Shown here: one piece after another, positions 61,615 to 64,000 of the stretch
Numbering within the stretch: position 1 is the stretch's first letter
Layout of the letters: the number at the start of each line of letters is the position of its first letter
NCBI GenBank assembly: GCA_965216565.1
Contig: OZ244170.1
Coordinates: 3,616,001 to 3,680,000, forward strand
Length of the DNA stretch: 64,000 nucleotides
DNA from: Bythopirellula sp.
Lineage (GTDB): Bacteria > Planctomycetota > Planctomycetia > Pirellulales > Lacipirellulaceae
Direction: 5' to 3'
Program-made: the position numbers and the translations under genes
The notes under the pieces: model-generated
What the model was told of the DNA's origin: nothing
Database searches by the model: none
Seen by the model: only the letters and a program-made list of their open reading frames with translations

Positions 61615-62133
61615 CTATTCGAGGGCAAAACTGTAGTCAGAGAGCAAGAGACTCTCAACCATCGACGACTTCAAGATCTGCTCGATGCGAAAACGAATAA
61701 TGCGGCGTAGTCGCATCAGCCCCGGTTCGCGAAAGTCATTCGTATGCGCCGTCCGCACTGCGACGATCACCTGATCGCGGAGCCGATGCTGCCAGGTTTC
61801 CAGTGTTGCCAAGTCTTCCTCGGTGGCAGTGGGCTCTAGCAGAAAGTGGACCGCAAAGCTGAGCTTAATGGTCTCATTTTTTTCCGGACGCAACTCTTTG
61901 ATTCGGATCGTGCCCAAATCTAAGAGCCGCTTAACGGCTGGGGCAGCATCTTCTTCCGCACTCTCTGCGGGAGGAGCTTCCTCCTGCGACCAGGCACTCA
62001 GAGGCGGAATGGTCAGGTTAAGTAGCATCGCAAGCGTCACCGCGCGGAATAAATGGAGGACGGCCCTCCGATTGGCAACAGCACTGGAAGGCGGGCACAA
62101 ATGATTCGGATTTCCCATATTGAACATTCTCAA
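61615..62133 (-). CDS. FliL-like protein
   Basis: Signal/TM segment; HRLRDQVIVAVR...LRR.I; LLSDY. Confidence 0.65.
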   Translation of the reverse strand: MRMFNMGNPNHLCPPSSAVANRRAVLHLFRAVTLAMLLNLTIPPLSAWSQEEAPPAESAEEDAAPAVKRLLDLGTIRIKELRPEKNETIKLSFAVHFLLEPTATEEDLATLETWQHRLRDQVIVAVRTAHTNDFREPGLMRLRRIIRFRIEQILKSSMVESLLLSDYSFALE

Positions 62134-62140
62134 CCCTTCT

Positions 62141-62707
62141 CTAAATCGGCTCCCAGCCGTAGTTATCGATCACAACCTGGCGGACGCGATCTTTACCCAA
62201 TATCGATTTGGCTGCGTCGGAGATTCTAGTTTTAATCGTCGCCCAACGAGGATCGCTCAGTTCGTCGAGAGTTGCGCTTCGCAGGATGCGTACGATCATG
62301 TCGTCGAACATTCCATGATGCCGCTCGTGAGCAGCTAGCAAAGCGTTCTCGTCTTTAGGGTCCACGACTACATACAATTTGCAGCGCGTTTGTACCCAGG
62401 TCCGAATATTCGAGTTTTTAGAATCTTCGTGTACCAGTGTGGCTGATGAAATCTTGAAGTTGCCAATCAGCACTTCCTCAAACGCTTCCAATGGCGTGCT
62501 GTATTCTAGTTCGTGCAGGTAGTCGCTAAGTTCAGGCATGTCCGTGCCGCCGCAGCCGCCCAACATCGGCGCAGCCACGAGCAAGGCTAGTAGCACGACT
62601 TTCGACCGGCATTGCTTTTGTGAATGGGCTGGCATACTTCGATTCGTTGTTATGGCTCGTTCTGGAAGCGACGAACGCCTGATCTGATCCTCTTGACTCT
62701 CAAGCAT
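62141..62707 (-). CDS. FliL-like lipoprotein
   Basis: LGGC lipobox; DDMIVRILRSATLDELSDP...IKTRI...VRQVVI. Confidence 0.65.
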   Translation of the reverse strand: MLESQEDQIRRSSLPERAITTNRSMPAHSQKQCRSKVVLLALLVAAPMLGGCGGTDMPELSDYLHELEYSTPLEAFEEVLIGNFKISSATLVHEDSKNSNIRTWVQTRCKLYVVVDPKDENALLAAHERHHGMFDDMIVRILRSATLDELSDPRWATIKTRISDAAKSILGKDRVRQVVIDNYGWEPI

Positions 62708-62849
62708 AGGTTGCGCACAGGCCCTAGACGTAAGCTATGCTTTCCACAGAGCGTCTAGATGCCGAGCGATTGTTCCGTCTGTAACGAATCTTCGGATTCG
62801 GGCCCTATCGACATCCGACGGTCACACTGAATTCCCTTTTTCAATTGAT

Positions 62850-63305
62850 TTGATCATGATTCTTTGCCGTCTCCAACAGCTCGCTGCCCTATTAGCCGTT
62901 GGGCTCAGTTTGAGTATGCAGCTCGGCTGCTTCAATGCCGAAGCGCTCATTGAATCGCGGCGTTTAGTCGCAATCAAGGCGAGACTTGAAGAAATCGATC
63001 TCGGCAAGTACCGCATCTCGTTGCCTCAGACCGAGTCGGTCACCGAAACGATTGAAGTCAATTTCCATGTCTTCGGCCAAGTTGCCAACCGCGATATGGA
63101 AACGGTGTCGCAGCTGCTCGAATCGAGTCGGCCTGAAATTCGAGACCAATTACTCGTGGTCACCAGAAATCTTAGCGAGGCTGAACTGGAAGATCCTGAG
63201 TTGTCGTCGCTACGTGAGCACATCGCTAAGGTGGTAAACAACACCCTGGAAGGTGACCCTGTTCAATCGGTCGGCTTCTACAATTTTCGCTACGCGATAT
63301 TCTAG
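62850..63305 (+). CDS. FliL-like lipoprotein
   Basis: QLGC lipobox; PEIRDQLL...ELEDPELSSLREHI..VN..L...VQSVGF. Confidence 0.7.
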   Translation: MIMILCRLQQLAALLAVGLSLSMQLGCFNAEALIESRRLVAIKARLEEIDLGKYRISLPQTESVTETIEVNFHVFGQVANRDMETVSQLLESSRPEIRDQLLVVTRNLSEAELEDPELSSLREHIAKVVNNTLEGDPVQSVGFYNFRYAIF

Positions 63306-63595
63306 GCCTGCTCTGTATTTGAGCTCTGTTTTTTAGGTGCCGAGCTAAAATCTCTTCTGGTCGTGCACATTTCTCGAAATGCGTGACTCCGCATTGCCTT
63401 CGGCAAGATTCGTCAGGGAATAGTTCACACGGGATTGAAACTAGCTACAATCAATTGCTATAGGACTCCACAATCACTGGGGCCCTCCCCTAGAGTCTTC
63501 CACCCTACCGTCATCTGGCCAATATCAATCCCCCGTTCGTTAGATTGTCTAGCAATTTAACGTGCCCTTGATAACAAAAAGCTGAGGCACGACCG

Positions 63596-64000
63596 ATGAG
63601 TGATCCAAGCAACGTAAGCCGACGTAAGTTTTTTCAATCGAGCGCTGCTACCGCATCGGCCCTGGGCATGGCCGGAACCGTGCTGACCAATACCGGCACA
63701 GCTCATCCAACTCCCAAGGACATAAATGGCCGGCTAGGGATTGGCTTCATCGGTCCCGGCGGGCGAGGTTTCGACGGTCACGTCAAGCCGCTTGCCAAGA
63801 TGCAAAAGAATGGCGAGGCCATTGAGCTCGTTGCCGTCAACGATGTCTACAATGTGCATGCCGATAAAGCTGCGGACCACATCGAAAAAGAGACGGGCAA
63901 GAAACCCAAGCAGTACAAGAATTACCACGAGCTTCTGGCTGACCCAAGAGTCGATGCCGTCTGCATTGGCACGCCCGATCACTGGCATGCCCGACAAACA
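63596..64000 (+). CDS. Tat-exported Gfo/Idh/MocA oxidoreductase, 3' truncated by the window
   Basis: Not in the ORF track. Manual translation: MSDPSNVSRRKFF (twin arginine), IGFIGPGGRG, VNDVY, DAVCIGTPDHWH. Confidence 0.92.
   Translation, partial: MSDPSNVSRRKFFQSSAATASALGMAGTVLTNTGTAHPTPKDINGRLGIGFIGPGGRGFDGHVKPLAKMQKNGEAIELVAVNDVYNVHADKAADHIEKETGKKPKQYKNYHELLADPRVDAVCIGTPDHWHARQT

Overview
A gene-dense, mostly housekeeping bacterial region. Signature families point to a Planctomycetota (probably Pirellulales) genome: YTV repeats, a HYExAFE protein, a DUF1559-like domain, a BBP7-like barrel, PEP-CTERM proteins and a PVC-type heme-binding protein. Recognisable genes are moaB/mogA, an lplA-like ligase, hisS, a DegT aminotransferase, class II ribonucleotide reductase nrdJ, tspO, rplU, rne/rng, hpf-ptsN-ptsH-ptsI, parA-like, aroB, dprA, an ECF sigma/anti-sigma pair, an RhlE-like helicase, an ABC ATPase and three FliL-like genes. 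I found no rRNA, tRNA, CRISPR array, transposase or integrase. Four features stand out. (i) Three AT-richer small nuclease-like genes (SRA-like/HNH, PD-(D/E)XK-like, GxxExxY) each sit beside a housekeeping gene and are bracketed by inverted arms of a related CCAC-anchored, 9-10 nt-periodic repeat family. Around the HNH gene every arm mismatch becomes a G-U pair on the coding strand. (ii) There is a candidate sigma54-driven sRNA of about 200 nt with three hairpins and CU-rich anti-Shine-Dalgarno-like motifs at about 49487-49686. (iii) An anti-sigma factor is fused to a pilin-like DUF1559 domain. (iv) A YTV protein has a mirror-symmetric repeat layout. All calls come from reading the sequence; no searches were run.
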